A stretch of DNA of 63,974 bases, filler included. It is 10 parts of 10 records of this genome, joined end to end, with 100 filler letters (N's around TTAATTAATTAA, not from the genome) between each part and the next. Parts side by side here need not be neighbours in the genome. Positions count along the whole stretch, not along the records: positions 1 to 11,520 come from SRR20825010_4549; 9 more parts are not named here. One strand, 5' to 3'. Below are positions 1 through 10,871 of this stretch, piece after piece (position 1 is the stretch's first letter; each line of letters starts with the position of its first letter). The translations under genes and the position numbers were made by a program. The notes below the pieces were generated by a model that saw only the letters and a list, made by a program, of their open reading frames with translations, ran no database searches and was not told where the DNA came from.

Positions 1-191
1 CTGAAAAGAACCGGTGAACGGTTCACTCCCAGCAACTCTGGGACTCATTCGCAAGCATGAGGCGGGTGTCAAACTCGGCTGAAAGCTGAATGGCAGAAGT
101 GCTATGACGACCGGAGCGGCTCCGTCAGCGATGGGATGGCGCTAGAGCAGACATCTGGCGGATCGGAGCATTGGTTGGCGGAACTTTCGGT

Positions 192-342
192 GGATGGCAC
201 CATGCAAAAGAAGTGGGGAATTCAATTGGGTGCCCGCAGCATGGCAGTTGTGCTTCGGCGAACAACGAGTTTCTGTCAGCCAGCTTTTTTTGGTGGGTGG
301 CACCAAAGAAAGGAAGTCGGGTGGCACCACATAGAGGAAGTA
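192..342 (+). repeat. Three copies of a 24-nt unit GG(G/A)TGGCACCA-N5-A(G/A)GAAGTN (192-215, 295-318, 319-342)
   Basis: Read directly: ggatggcacca-tgcaa-aagaagtg, gggtggcacca-aagaa-aggaagtc, gggtggcacca-catag-aggaagta; the last two are in tandem. Confidence 0.7.
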
Positions 343-716
343 CGTGGACGAATACGCACAGAGAGAGTGCGTTGATGCACACTGAGATGTGCAGTGATTT
401 CCGGATTGTTCATCACTGCGGAATCGTTTGCATGGAAAATCATTCACCGGTTCGTGCTGAGCTTGCAGTTCAGTTACAAACGACGGCAAAGCGAAAGCGA
501 TTGTTTTCAGCGAGGCCATTGAAAACGCTTTGAAAAACTAAGCAGGCGGGTGAGCGAGAATCGCTTTTCCTCCTATTTCCCGGGATGCTGGGTACGGAAA
601 CTGCGAACCAAACTCAGTGCGAGACATCGAGGCTGAATACGCAGGGACGCGAAGGCGGTAGCAATCTGTGTCGCACGAACAATCGACGTTGATTCACAAC
701 GGTCCGGTCGAACCTT

Positions 717-732
717 TGGCACCACCAAAGCA
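717..732 (+). promoter_or_regulatory. Putative sigma54 (-24/-12) promoter for hemG
   Basis: TGGCACCACCAAAGCA = GG-N10-GC, about 78 nt before ATG 810; a weaker alternative GGGTACGGAAACTGCG lies at 590-605. Confidence 0.4.
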
Positions 733-809
733 TTCGATCTAATTCAGAAGGCAATCTGGATGAAGCCACGCACCATTTACAGCATCGCCCAACAGCTTGG
801 ATACCAATC

Positions 810-1712
810 ATGCGAAACCTCATTGTCTTCGCGTCACACGAAGGACAAACGGAACAGATTGCCGAACGAATTCATCGACGCTTGCTAGAACACTCCATGC
901 CAAGCGATGTCTTGGATGTCGTTCAACACTCGGCGACAGAAATTCAAGTCGAAGCGTATGACGCAGTGCTGATTGGATCGCCAATGCACTTTGGACGCCA
1001 CGATCCTCGCATTCGCTTCTTCATCGAACACAATCTCGCATTTCTTCGCGAAATACCAACCGCATTTTTCTCGGTGAGTTTGGCGTCTGCGAGCAAGAAA
1101 CGAAAAGAACGCGCCGAAGCAGAAAGGTTGACCAACGAGTTCTTGCAATCGACACAGTGGACACCACCAGTCATGGACTGCTTCGCGGGTGCCCTCAAGT
1201 ATTCCAAATACGGATGGCTGAAACGACAAATCATGCACCGAATTGCTCAGCGGTCCGGGGAAGAAACGAGCTTCGAACAAGACTACGAATACACAGATTG
1301 GGAACGAGTCGATGATTTTTCAGATCGTTTTGCGACATTGGTCCGAGCGTGCAAACGTTCGCCCGAGCTTCGTCCTCGTTTCAGCGAAATGCGGTTGCCC
1401 ACTCGAGAATATTCGCTTCGCCGAGGTCGATCGAAACGACGAACCGCTAATCTGTACCACGTGGTCGCCAATGGTGGCCGCCTGAATGGTTGGGTGCCTC
1501 ACACCGGAGCGTTTCGATGCATGAAGTCTCCGTTGATTGGTCGGATGTGTGCAAAACGATCGAGAACCAAACTGGGACTCGCGCGGACCTTAAGAAAAAG
1601 ATCGCAAGGGGATTTATTACTGGGCGTCAAACAGCAGACAAACAAGCCACTTGCCAAACTCGCTGCTTCGCAATGGAACGGAATGCCAATCTGGTGCAGG
1701 ACGAATCGTTGA
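810..1712 (+). CDS. hemG: Menaquinone-dependent protoporphyrinogen IX dehydrogenase (flavodoxin fold) with long C-terminal extension
   Basis: SHEGQTEQIA FMN loop, YDAVLIGSP, AFFSVSL, FAGALKYSKYGW and EYTDW motifs in the first ~180 aa. Confidence 0.8.
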   Translation: MRNLIVFASHEGQTEQIAERIHRRLLEHSMPSDVLDVVQHSATEIQVEAYDAVLIGSPMHFGRHDPRIRFFIEHNLAFLREIPTAFFSVSLASASKKRKERAEAERLTNEFLQSTQWTPPVMDCFAGALKYSKYGWLKRQIMHRIAQRSGEETSFEQDYEYTDWERVDDFSDRFATLVRACKRSPELRPRFSEMRLPTREYSLRRGRSKRRTANLYHVVANGGRLNGWVPHTGAFRCMKSPLIGRMCAKRSRTKLGLARTLRKRSQGDLLLGVKQQTNKPLAKLAASQWNGMPIWCRTNR

Positions 1713-2109
1713 GACGATATTTAATACCTGTCAATTCACAACAACACAAAGCGATGCCCGTTGAATTGCACTTTCCCAGCCGAAACCCAATTTACGAGAG
1801 CAATCACAAGACGGCATGAATGATAAAACGTTCAAGCGACCATCACATTGAGACGCCTCGCCACATCGTCCCGAAAACAACGGACCATAGACGAAAAACT
1901 TTAAGCAAAGTCGTCATCGCAACGGGACGGGACGAAGCCGGGACATTGGCCGATCAAAAGTTCGAATCAATGGCAGGACGTAGTTCTCGCGAAAATGTGG
2001 GCATTCACGTTCAACAGTCGAAGATGCTGAAACGCATGAGCCCAAAATCAATCATCACGCGGTAACGAAGCTTCACCGATCAAACGTTCGCTTTGGCTCC
2101 GGGGAAGCA

Positions 2110-3978
2110 TTAGAAATCGGTCAGAGATTTTGGGGCCCAAGCAACCCGCAACGCATTCAGCACCGCTACCACGTCGATGGCTTCTTGAGCGATCGCCCCC
2201 GCAACCGGCGGAAGATACCCAGCGGAGGCGATTAGCATTCCGATCACACTAAGCGTCATGCCACCAACAGCGCTTTGCAGAGCGATTCTTCGCATCCGTC
2301 GGCTGATATGCATCAGCTCGTCCACACGGGCGAGCGACGAATCCAAAATGACCACACCGGCTGCTTCCGTGGTCACATCACTATTTTGTCCGAACGCGAT
2401 GCCGACCGTTGCGGCCATCAACGCAGGAGCATCGTTGATTCCGTCCCCGACGAAAACAGTTTTGGCCGCCTTGGTTTGCTCGGTCACGAATCGAAGTTTG
2501 TCTTCGGGGCTTTGATCGCCCAGGCATTCGGTGATACCAACTTGTTCGCCTAGATATTTTACCTCCGACGTGCGATCACCAGACAACAAGATGACTCGAT
2601 TGACGCCATGGCGATCATCCAAGTGATCGACAAATGAATGGCCTTCGCTTCGCGGTGAATCGCGTAGCCGATAGGTGGCTGCGTATTCTCCGTCGATCAG
2701 AATCACGCATTCCAACCCGCCACTTTGTTCGGGCAAGCGTTCCGCCCAGTCGCCACCTTTGGCAAGCAGTTTTTTGCGGCTGGTGATTTGCATTTCGTGG
2801 CCATCGACGATTCCTCGAAGTCCCGCACCGGGAGGTTCGCTGATTTCGGAAACGCTGAGCAAGGTATCTGATGATGACGTTTCGATTTGTGCGGCGGCCG
2901 AAACAATTGCCTCTGCCAATGGATGCTTCGAGTAACGCTCGAGACTGGCGACCAACGTCAGTACACGAGCCGCATCCTGATTGGGATCAACTAATTGCTC
3001 GACCAACTTGGGTCGGCCGTAAGTCAGCGTTCCCGTTTTGTCAAAGATCATCGTCTTGCAGCGATCGACTTGCTCCAAGACCGAAGGGTCGCGAATGATG
3101 ATCGAACGCCGAGCCGACAGAGAGATCGCACCGAGAATTGCAACCGGTATGGCAATCAACAAAGGGCATGGCGTGGCGACCACCATCACGGAAAGGAATC
3201 GCACCGGGTCGCCGCTTGCCACCCAAGCAGCAATGCCGATCAAAACCGCCAGCGGTGTGTAGAAGGCACCAAGCTGGTCTCCGAGTCGACGAATTTTTGG
3301 ACGGTTTTGCTGTGACGACTCCATCACCTCCATGATTTTGGCGTAACGCGAATCGACAGCTCGCTTGTCCGCTCGAACCACCAGCGCCGAATCTCCATTG
3401 ATTGCACCGGAGAGCACCAGTGAGCCGGGCGTTTTGGACATGCGATACGGTTCGCCAGTCAAATACGACTCGTCCATGGTGCCGTGACCTGACACGACCG
3501 TGGCATCCACCGGGCAGACTTTGTGTGGCAAAATCAATACGGTATCGCCGATAGCAATCTCATCCAGTGGGATCTCTTCCGTTGTGTCACCAACCTGTCG
3601 AATCGCAATGGCCGGCATTCGATTGGCCAGTGCACGCAACACCGACGAAGCGCTGCGTACGGCATAAGATTCCAATGCTTCCCCACCGGATAGCATCAAG
3701 ACGACGATCGTGGCGGCCAGATATTCTCCCAGCAGCACGCCGGTCACGATTGAGATGCCGGCCAACAAATCTGATCCAAATTCGGCTCGAAAAAGTTTGA
3801 CCAACAGGTTCCAGACCAAGGGAACGCCGCCCAGAACGAGTGCGATCAACAACGGAAAATCACGAATTGCGACGCCCGCGACATCGCCGTCAATCGTCAT
3901 CCCAAAACGCAACCACAGGTGCAGCGTGATCGCAACGATGGCAAGCCCTGCGATTCCCAGTTGCAAACGATTGTTCAT
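2110..3978 (-). CDS. Heavy-metal translocating P-type ATPase, P1B-5 type
   Basis: [33 protein letters not shown] and QEAIDVV motifs; ATG 3978 preferred over the track start 4056. Confidence 0.92.
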   Translation of the reverse strand: MNNRLQLGIAGLAIVAITLHLWLRFGMTIDGDVAGVAIRDFPLLIALVLGGVPLVWNLLVKLFRAEFGSDLLAGISIVTGVLLGEYLAATIVVLMLSGGEALESYAVRSASSVLRALANRMPAIAIRQVGDTTEEIPLDEIAIGDTVLILPHKVCPVDATVVSGHGTMDESYLTGEPYRMSKTPGSLVLSGAINGDSALVVRADKRAVDSRYAKIMEVMESSQQNRPKIRRLGDQLGAFYTPLAVLIGIAAWVASGDPVRFLSVMVVATPCPLLIAIPVAILGAISLSARRSIIIRDPSVLEQVDRCKTMIFDKTGTLTYGRPKLVEQLVDPNQDAARVLTLVASLERYSKHPLAEAIVSAAAQIETSSSDTLLSVSEISEPPGAGLRGIVDGHEMQITSRKKLLAKGGDWAERLPEQSGGLECVILIDGEYAATYRLRDSPRSEGHSFVDHLDDRHGVNRVILLSGDRTSEVKYLGEQVGITECLGDQSPEDKLRFVTEQTKAAKTVFVGDGINDAPALMAATVGIAFGQNSDVTTEAAGVVILDSSLARVDELMHISRRMRRIALQSAVGGMTLSVIGMLIASAGYLPPVAGAIAQEAIDVVAVLNALRVAWAPKSLTDF

Positions 3979-4255
3979 ATTTTCTGCCCGGCGGTTGTTG
4001 TGCGTCGTCCAACGCTGGAGAACTTTCGCGAAAGATTCGTTGATCCCTTCAGCCACTTACTGACCAAGATGACTGATCCGAGGACCGATCCCAATGGGGG
4101 CTTCATTTCCCGGCCCGCCAGCAACAAGAGTCTCGGCTGATATCGAAATCTATTCAACAGGCGAATGTCAGTTTGAACTCCATCGCTCACGTTGAAGATG
4201 CTCACGTGCGGACAAGCCTAGCAGTTTTGGAATCGGTTGATTTAGCCAGGTAACC

Positions 4256-4271
4256 AGCAAGCAGTCGGCCA
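4256..4271 (-). promoter_or_regulatory. Possible sigma54 promoter upstream of the ATPase
   Basis: Minus strand TGGCCGACTGCTTGCT (GG-N10-GC), but about 280 nt from the ATG. Confidence 0.3.
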
Positions 4272-4365
4272 AACCTACGCGAGCCAGGTGTTTGGAAAGA
4301 GAATCCCCCGTACCAGATTCGGTGAATGGTGCTGACGAGCGATAACGGGCAGAACAAGGAAAGCT

Positions 4366-6504
4366 TCACCGTTCGACAAGCACGCAAATGGATCGAGCGT
4401 TGACGTTCCATGTTGGAGATGCAACGCATTGATTTGCGGGGTCGTCGGAAAGTTCGCTCAGTGACGTGCGCGAGGTATCGATGGCGAGACGCCACTTCTC
4501 GAACGCCCACTCTTGGATTCCAAATTCGACCGAATCGCATCCCGAATTGATCATGACATAGATGTCTGCATCTTCCTGTGATTCGCCATGCAAACAGTAG
4601 GCGAGTTGTCTCGATTCCAAGGACATATCGACCAAATGCCCCGTTCCGTACCATCGAACATCGCCCCGCCAAAAACGCGAACGGCTGATCGACGGATGGG
4701 ATTTGCGGAAGGAGATTACCTCGCGGACGAATTTGAAGATGTCCGCGTGCTCGCCGCGTCGATCCCAGTCCAGCCAGCTCGTCTCGTCGTCTTGGTTGTA
4801 CGGGTTGTTGTTTCCGCGTTGGGTTTGAAGAAATTCGTCTCCCATCCGGAACATTGGCGTTCCGTTGGACAGCATCAGCAAGCAGAAAAAGTTGCGGACT
4901 TGCTGCTTGCGAAGCTGCAAGATCTCTGGTGGCGTTCCGTCGTCTCCTTCCCAACCACAATCCCAACTGTATTCAAGGGCTCCGTCGGTGTTGCTATTTC
5001 CGTTGGCCCAGTTTCGTTTTTCGTTGTACGCCGTCAAATCGTACAGCGTGCTACCGTCATGCGACGTTATGTAGTTAACGCTTAACTGTGGTTGCAACGC
5101 ATGAGGCAGGTCATCGGGGAAAAGATCGCAACTTCCGTACAGTCGCGTCATCAGATCAGAAACCATTCCGCAATCGCCACGGACAAACCGTTGCATGGTG
5201 TCTCGATAGTGAGCATTCCACTGCATCCAACGTTGCCCGGGGAACTTCTTACCCAATTGGAACTGGCCGTCAGCATCCCACGGTTCCGCAATCAACCGAT
5301 CGTCACTGAGGTCCGAATCGGTGCCAATTTCACTAACGATGGGTGGATCGTCCAAATTGATCGAACCATCACTGTTGCGAGTGAAGACGGATGCGAGATC
5401 GAAACGAAATCCGTCCACGTGCATCTGAGAATCCCAGAACCGCAGGCTGTCAACGATCATCCGGCGAACCGCTCGATTGGCCGTGTGCAATGTGTTGCCC
5501 GTTCCACTGTGGTTGGCGTATGGAGCGTTCGGATTGCCTGTCATCATGTAGGCCGTGCTGCTATCGATTCCTTTCCAACAATACGTTGGTCCGCGATGAT
5601 CGCCTTCGCACGTGTGGTTGTATACGACATCCAGAATGACCTCGATGCCTGCCGCATGCAGAGCCTTTACCATCGTGCAAAATTCGTATCTTTGACTGCA
5701 GGCCGAAGTGTTGGTCGCGTAGGCATGGTGCGGCGCAAAGAAATTCAAGGGCATGTATCCCCAATAGTCTCCGTCGCCCGGATCAAACTGGAAGACCGGC
5801 ATCAACTCAACCGCGGTCACTCCCAATTCGACGAGATACGGAATTTTGTCAACGACACCTAAAAACGTGCCTTGATGCGTTTCGGGCACTCCCGAGTTTG
5901 GATTCTTTGTGAATCCACGCACGTGCATTTCATAGATCACCAGGTCACTGCCATGACGCAATACGCGATCCTCATTCCAATCGAATTCGCAGAACTGATT
6001 CGGCAAAATCCCTAGAGGAGCTTGACCTGAGTTGGAACCGGGTCGTCGAGCTGCGTCGCGAGAAAACGATTCGGGGAAGAAGACTCCCCTGGCAAATGGA
6101 TCCAGCAGAATCTTTTGAAAGTCAAAATCGTGGTGGTCGTAGCCTCCTTGCGGCGCTGGCCCATCCACACGGTAGGCATAGTATGCCCACTCATCAGGAT
6201 GTTCACTGTGGACACGGCAATGCCAAACCGGCCCCGACTTATTGAACAGATAGCTCAGCTCCACCTCTCGAGCTGGATGAACCACGTCATCCTTCCTGTA
6301 CAGCAGCAGATGCACGGCGGTGGCATGCCGCGAATAGAGTGAGAAATTGAAGGAAGACTCCTCCGCAATCCAACTGGCACCAAGTGGGAATGGCGAACCT
6401 TCAGCTTTTTCCCAAGCGTTCATATTGGAGTCCAGATTTGGAATCGACGGTGAGATACCGCGTTCACGAAGATGCGAAACACGACGTTGCGAATTCAAAT
6501 CCAT
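4366..6504 (-). CDS. glgX: Glycogen debranching enzyme / isoamylase (GH13)
   Basis: GSPFPLGA, IYEMHVRGFT, YWGYMP, ILDVVYNHT, DGFRFDLA, IAEPWD and NYITSHDG motifs; start 6504 or 6423. Confidence 0.93.
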   Translation of the reverse strand: MDLNSQRRVSHLRERGISPSIPNLDSNMNAWEKAEGSPFPLGASWIAEESSFNFSLYSRHATAVHLLLYRKDDVVHPAREVELSYLFNKSGPVWHCRVHSEHPDEWAYYAYRVDGPAPQGGYDHHDFDFQKILLDPFARGVFFPESFSRDAARRPGSNSGQAPLGILPNQFCEFDWNEDRVLRHGSDLVIYEMHVRGFTKNPNSGVPETHQGTFLGVVDKIPYLVELGVTAVELMPVFQFDPGDGDYWGYMPLNFFAPHHAYATNTSACSQRYEFCTMVKALHAAGIEVILDVVYNHTCEGDHRGPTYCWKGIDSSTAYMMTGNPNAPYANHSGTGNTLHTANRAVRRMIVDSLRFWDSQMHVDGFRFDLASVFTRNSDGSINLDDPPIVSEIGTDSDLSDDRLIAEPWDADGQFQLGKKFPGQRWMQWNAHYRDTMQRFVRGDCGMVSDLMTRLYGSCDLFPDDLPHALQPQLSVNYITSHDGSTLYDLTAYNEKRNWANGNSNTDGALEYSWDCGWEGDDGTPPEILQLRKQQVRNFFCLLMLSNGTPMFRMGDEFLQTQRGNNNPYNQDDETSWLDWDRRGEHADIFKFVREVISFRKSHPSISRSRFWRGDVRWYGTGHLVDMSLESRQLAYCLHGESQEDADIYVMINSGCDSVEFGIQEWAFEKWRLAIDTSRTSLSELSDDPANQCVASPTWNVNARSICVLVER

Positions 6505-6867
6505 TCACTCTTCCATTAGCCACTTGCGAGCCTGCTCCAATTCGCTGGCGTCGAAGTAACGAACAGAAGCCGTTGTGAACGGTTTGCAAAACACCGCCAT
6601 CCCCCGTTCCCACTTTCGTTCGCCAACGATTGCGATGCGTTCGAAATCTCGAAAGTGCTTGGTATCAAACTTGATGTCTTCCCACAGAGCTCCAGCGTCC
6701 CATCCATGAAAATCATGCATGGCGAATAAAACACGGATCTTGCCGTATTGATTGATCTGTTCTTCAGCGAGCGGTACGAGTTGCTGATAGGTTTCGCGGT
6801 CAAGTTTGCCGGAGACATGAACTTCAAGATACCTGCCTTGTGCAATCTCGTTGAGTTCCAGCGACAT
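6505..6867 (-). CDS. STAS/SEC14 (SpoIIAA-like) domain protein
   Basis: 120 aa; GKL...Y, FHGWDAGALWEDIKFD, RIAIVG...W and EQARKWL patterns typical of the family. Confidence 0.88.
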   Translation of the reverse strand: MSLELNEIAQGRYLEVHVSGKLDRETYQQLVPLAEEQINQYGKIRVLFAMHDFHGWDAGALWEDIKFDTKHFRDFERIAIVGERKWERGMAVFCKPFTTASVRYFDASELEQARKWLMEE

Positions 6868-6929
6868 GATTGGGTTCCTGTTGAAGAGGACTCGAATGGA
6901 ACGCGGTGTTCCGACCGCGAATCAGGAAA

Positions 6930-6945
6930 AGCAAACCCAGGACCA
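6930..6945 (-). promoter_or_regulatory. Putative sigma54 promoter for the STAS-glgX unit
   Basis: Minus strand TGGTCCTGGGTTTGCT (GG-N10-GC with TTGC), about 63 nt before ATG 6867. Confidence 0.5.
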
Positions 6946-7109
6946 AACCGGAACAACAACATTCGTAGAGGATTGCTCGGCTGATGAACTCTCTTCTCTG
7001 TCACACAGCGTGTGCTATCGCCCATTTTTCGTCCGTATGTGCTCAGTCGCGACCGGCAATCAGACCTCAATGAACGTGTCTGCGGATGATTGGCATCCGA
7101 TTGGCCGAA

Positions 7110-7125
7110 TGGCTCGTACTTTGCA
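7110..7125 (+). promoter_or_regulatory. Putative sigma54 promoter
   Basis: TGGCTCGTACTTTGCA, one mismatch to TGGCACG-N4-TTGCW, 40 nt before ATG 7165. Confidence 0.65.
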
Positions 7126-7164
7126 TGTTTGGCAGGTTTCTGTTTTCAACTTGTGAAGCATCCA

Positions 7165-7470
7165 ATGAACGATCCATTTATTCAATCGGAATGGCAGTCC
7201 CTGTGTGAACGTGTAAAGGGCTGCGCTCGGACACTGGCCACTGACGAATCCGAAGGAAAGATCTTCGCATCGCAGGCTCACAATTTTGCGGCCTGCGAAC
7301 CGCCCCAAAGATATTCCGAGTTGCTTACGAAAGTAGCCGAAGCGTCACGCCTTGCCGTGAAGTGGCAATCGGACGTGGCGTATGACACCGCTGACCATTG
7401 CATCGACGAAGCAAGCGATGAAAGTTTCCCTGCCAGCGATCCTCCCGCGTTCACGGCCACTCACGCGTGA
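7165..7470 (+). CDS. Small hypothetical protein with C-terminal DEASDESFPASDPP motif
   Basis: 101 aa from ATG 7165; ends IDEASDESFPASDPPAFT, a motif I recognise from other small uncharacterised proteins. Confidence 0.7.
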   Translation: MNDPFIQSEWQSLCERVKGCARTLATDESEGKIFASQAHNFAACEPPQRYSELLTKVAEASRLAVKWQSDVAYDTADHCIDEASDESFPASDPPAFTATHA

Positions 7471-7667
7471 GATCACAATCGGTGTGATCACCAATCTCGT
7501 CCGAGTGTTCGTTGCTGCGGCATTGGGCTGCTGAGTTGCGAATCTCATCGACGCCGCCCAAGCTTCCACCACACCAGCCACGATGACCTCCGTCGCTGCT
7601 TGCGACATCATGCTCAAACGCAATGACAGCACCGCTTGAGTTGTGGCCTGCCAAGCTGAGCGGGCAA

Positions 7668-8177
7668 TCAGGTTGACGCTCGATCGTTCGCTTTCAGGCG
7701 TTCCAACTCATCGTGCTCTGCCTCGACAAAGAACAGCGGTAAGAAGGGGGTGTTGATCAACACCGCCAGAAAGAACAACCCGGACGCGATAATTCCGACG
7801 TATTGCCATTCAAAGAACGCCGCCGCGATGATAAATGCGGCGGCAGCGAGAACACCGAGCACCTTCAAAATCAGAAGCACACCTGCGGTTTCGACATCCG
7901 CTTGAATCTCTTGTTGGCTAAGTCGTTGCGCATCGCGCTTTCGCAAAGAGCTCGCTCGGGATCGCACTTCAAAGTAGTTCGCCAACGCCAACACCGCATA
8001 CAGAAACGGAATCGGAATCGCTGCAAGGTAAGCGACTTCGGGGAACATAAGTAGAGTCAGGATTGTCCCGATCAGACTGGCCGCTAAAAGGATGCGTACT
8101 CCAGTTCGAAAGGGGCGGGAGAGAACGTGTGCGTCAGGCTCCGTGGGAAGCCGGTGGGTGGTCGCTGGAGTGCTCAT
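7668..8177 (-). CDS. Hypothetical membrane protein (~4 TM)
   Basis: Two hydrophobic hairpins separated by a charged loop; ATG 8177. Confidence 0.75.
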   Translation of the reverse strand: MSTPATTHRLPTEPDAHVLSRPFRTGVRILLAASLIGTILTLLMFPEVAYLAAIPIPFLYAVLALANYFEVRSRASSLRKRDAQRLSQQEIQADVETAGVLLILKVLGVLAAAAFIIAAAFFEWQYVGIIASGLFFLAVLINTPFLPLFFVEAEHDELERLKANDRAST

Positions 8178-8241
8178 TTGATTTTCCGGGTGGGTGAAAG
8201 GCCAATCTGAATGAGTGGCTGTCGGACGGCGACAACTCATA

Positions 8242-8257
8242 AGCGATTCACGTGCCC
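8242..8257 (-). promoter_or_regulatory. Putative sigma54 promoter
   Basis: Minus strand GGGCACGTGAATCGCT (GG-N10-GC), about 65 nt before ATG 8177. Confidence 0.5.
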
Positions 8258-8431
8258 GGGCGTTTCGTCGGCGTTTGACAACACCAAAGTGCTCCAGCAC
8301 GCACATTCACTGTGCGTTGAATGACAACCTGGCACAGAGCAGTTCGCTGCAAGAATCTCGCACGCTCCGTAAATCGTTCACTACGGAAGAGCGGAGATGT
8401 TTTTGCCAGGCAAGATGATTCATGACGGTGG

Positions 8432-8447
8432 TGGTACAAAGATTGCC
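8432..8447 (+). promoter_or_regulatory. Putative sigma54 promoter for the phosphoketolase operon
   Basis: TGGTACAAAGATTGCC (GG-N10-GC with TTGC), 43 nt before ATG 8490. Confidence 0.6.
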
Positions 8448-8489
8448 GAGCAACAGTGACGTCGTCCATTCACCAAGAAAGCCAACGTC

Positions 8490-10871
8490 ATGATTGAAAC
8501 ACTTGAGTCAACCCAGGTTTCTCCCGAGACATTGCGAACGATCGACGCCTACTGGCGTGCAGCGAATTACTTGTCGGTGGGGCAGATCTACCTTTCCGAC
8601 AATCCGTTGCTCAAACGCCCGCTTCGGATCGAAGACGTCAAAAAGATGCTTCTGGGTCACTGGGGAACGACGCCGGGTCAGAATTTTATCTACGCCCATT
8701 TGAACCGGACCATCAAACAAAATGATCTTAACATGATCTATGTCTCGGGTCCGGGACATGGTGGTCCTGCGGTGGTCGCCAACACGTATTTGGAAGGCTC
8801 CTACAGCGAGATCTACCCGCATATCAGCCAAGATGAGGCGGGAATGAGGAAACTGTTCGTTCAGTTCTCGTTCCCGGGCGGGATCCCCAGTCATGCATCG
8901 CCGGAGTGTCCCGGTTCAATTCACGAAGGCGGTGAACTTGGATATTCGCTAAGTCATTCCTTCGGTGCTGTATTCGACAATCCCGATTTGATCGTAGCTT
9001 GCGTGGTAGGCGATGGCGAAGCGGAGACCGGTCCGCTGGCAACGGCATGGCACTCGAACAAATTTTTGAATCCAGCGACTGACGGTGCAGTGCTACCGAT
9101 CTTGCATTTAAACGGATTCAAAATCGCGAACCCCACCATCCTCGCTCGTATCAACCACGAGGAACTCGAGCAACTGATGCGAGGTTACGGGTGGACGCCC
9201 ATTTTTGTGGAGGGCGAAGATCCAATGAAAATGCATGCTGCGATGGCGGAAGCATTGGACGTCGCCATCGAGCAAATCCGATCGATCCAACAGAATGCTC
9301 GCGAAACTGGCGACACATCTCGTCCTCGCTGGCCCATGATCGTGTTGAGATCGCCAAAGGGATGGACGGGTCCCAAGTTTGTCGATGGTGTCCGCAATGA
9401 AGGGACCTTTCATTCGCATCAAGTGCCTTTGTCTGATCCGGCCAAATGCCCCGAGCATCTGAAACAAATCGAGCGATGGCTCCGCGGCTATCGCCCAGAA
9501 GAACTGTTTGACGAAAACGGTCGACTTCGCCAGGAAATCGCGGACTTGGCACCCACGGGTGATCGTCGAATGGGAGCGAACCCGCATGCCAACGGCGGAC
9601 GTTTGTTGCGGCGACTGAAGATGCCCGACTTCAGGGACTATGCCGTCAAAATCACCCAACGCGGTTGCCGAGGAATTGGTGACACGCACGTCACGGGCAA
9701 ATTCATTCGCGACATCGTTCAATTGAACGAAGAGCACAAAAACTTTCGCATCTTTGGCCCCGACGAAACGATCTCGAATGGCTTGGAAGCTGTATTCGAT
9801 GTCACTCAGCGTCAATGGAACGCCGCGATCGTCGAAGATGATGAGTCACTCGCACCGACCGGTCGTGTCCTGGAAATGTTGAGCGAGCATCAATGCGAAG
9901 GCTGGCTGGAAGGTTACCTGCTGACAGGTCGGCACGGGCTTTTCAATTGCTACGAAGCGTTTGTACACATCGTCGATTCGATGTTCAACCAACACGCAAA
10001 GTGGTTGAAGGTGACGTCGGAACTGCCATGGCGCCACAAAATCGCATCGCTGAACTATTTGCTCGCTTCGCACGTCTGGCGACAAGATCACAACGGGTTC
10101 ACCCACCAAGACCCAGGTTTCCTCGACGTGGTCGTCAACAAGAAAGCTGAAATTGTTCGTGTCTACTTACCACCGGACGCCAATTGTTTGCTCTCGGTGA
10201 TGGATCACTGCTTGCGAAGCCAGCACTATGTGAATGTCGTTGTCGCGGGCAAACACCCATCGCCGCAGTGGCTGACAATGGACGAGGCAGCCGAACACTG
10301 CGCCAAAGGAATTGGAATTTGGGATTGGGCAGGCAACGAGTCCTCGAGTGACCCTAATGTCGTGATGGCTTGTTGTGGTGACGTCCCCACATTGGAAACG
10401 TTGGCTGCGGTTTCCATTTTGCGTGAGAATTTCCCCGATCTAGCAATCCGGGTCGTCAACGTGGTCGACCTGATGCGTCTGCAACCCAAATCAGAACACC
10501 CACATGGTCTCAGTGACTCAGACTTTGATGATCTGTTCACCAAAAACAAACATGTGATCTTTGCCTTTCACGCGTACCCTTGGTTGGTTCATCGACTGAC
10601 TTATCGTCGTACCAACCACGCCAACATTCATGTTCGCGGGTACAAGGAAGAAGGCACGATTACGACACCGTTTGACATGACCGTGCTAAATGATCTCGAC
10701 CGATTTCATTTAGTAATGGATGTCATTGATCGTTTGCCCGAAACCGGCGAGCGAGGCCAACGCCTAAAAGCTTTGATGCAAGAGAAGTTGGTGGAGCATC
10801 GGCGATACATCAATCAGAACGGACAAGACATGCCTGAGGTTCGTGACTGGGAATGGAGCGCCGGGTCATGA
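8490..10871 (+). CDS. xfp: Xylulose-5-phosphate/fructose-6-phosphate phosphoketolase
   Basis: [63 protein letters not shown] and [11 protein letters not shown] motifs. Confidence 0.97.
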   Translation: MIETLESTQVSPETLRTIDAYWRAANYLSVGQIYLSDNPLLKRPLRIEDVKKMLLGHWGTTPGQNFIYAHLNRTIKQNDLNMIYVSGPGHGGPAVVANTYLEGSYSEIYPHISQDEAGMRKLFVQFSFPGGIPSHASPECPGSIHEGGELGYSLSHSFGAVFDNPDLIVACVVGDGEAETGPLATAWHSNKFLNPATDGAVLPILHLNGFKIANPTILARINHEELEQLMRGYGWTPIFVEGEDPMKMHAAMAEALDVAIEQIRSIQQNARETGDTSRPRWPMIVLRSPKGWTGPKFVDGVRNEGTFHSHQVPLSDPAKCPEHLKQIERWLRGYRPEELFDENGRLRQEIADLAPTGDRRMGANPHANGGRLLRRLKMPDFRDYAVKITQRGCRGIGDTHVTGKFIRDIVQLNEEHKNFRIFGPDETISNGLEAVFDVTQRQWNAAIVEDDESLAPTGRVLEMLSEHQCEGWLEGYLLTGRHGLFNCYEAFVHIVDSMFNQHAKWLKVTSELPWRHKIASLNYLLASHVWRQDHNGFTHQDPGFLDVVVNKKAEIVRVYLPPDANCLLSVMDHCLRSQHYVNVVVAGKHPSPQWLTMDEAAEHCAKGIGIWDWAGNESSSDPNVVMACCGDVPTLETLAAVSILRENFPDLAIRVVNVVDLMRLQPKSEHPHGLSDSDFDDLFTKNKHVIFAFHAYPWLVHRLTYRRTNHANIHVRGYKEEGTITTPFDMTVLNDLDRFHLVMDVIDRLPETGERGQRLKALMQEKLVEHRRYINQNGQDMPEVRDWEWSAGS

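Noticed and set aside
192-342. CRISPR array
   Set aside because: Only 5-nt variable cores, irregular spacing, three copies and no cas gene in the window
125-823. Short ORFs at the window start as genes
   Set aside because: Mutually overlapping, no recognisable motifs, and they span the repeat and promoter region
1713-2109. Hidden gene or ncRNA between hemG and the ATPase
   Set aside because: Only short motif-less ORFs and no RNA structure that I can support
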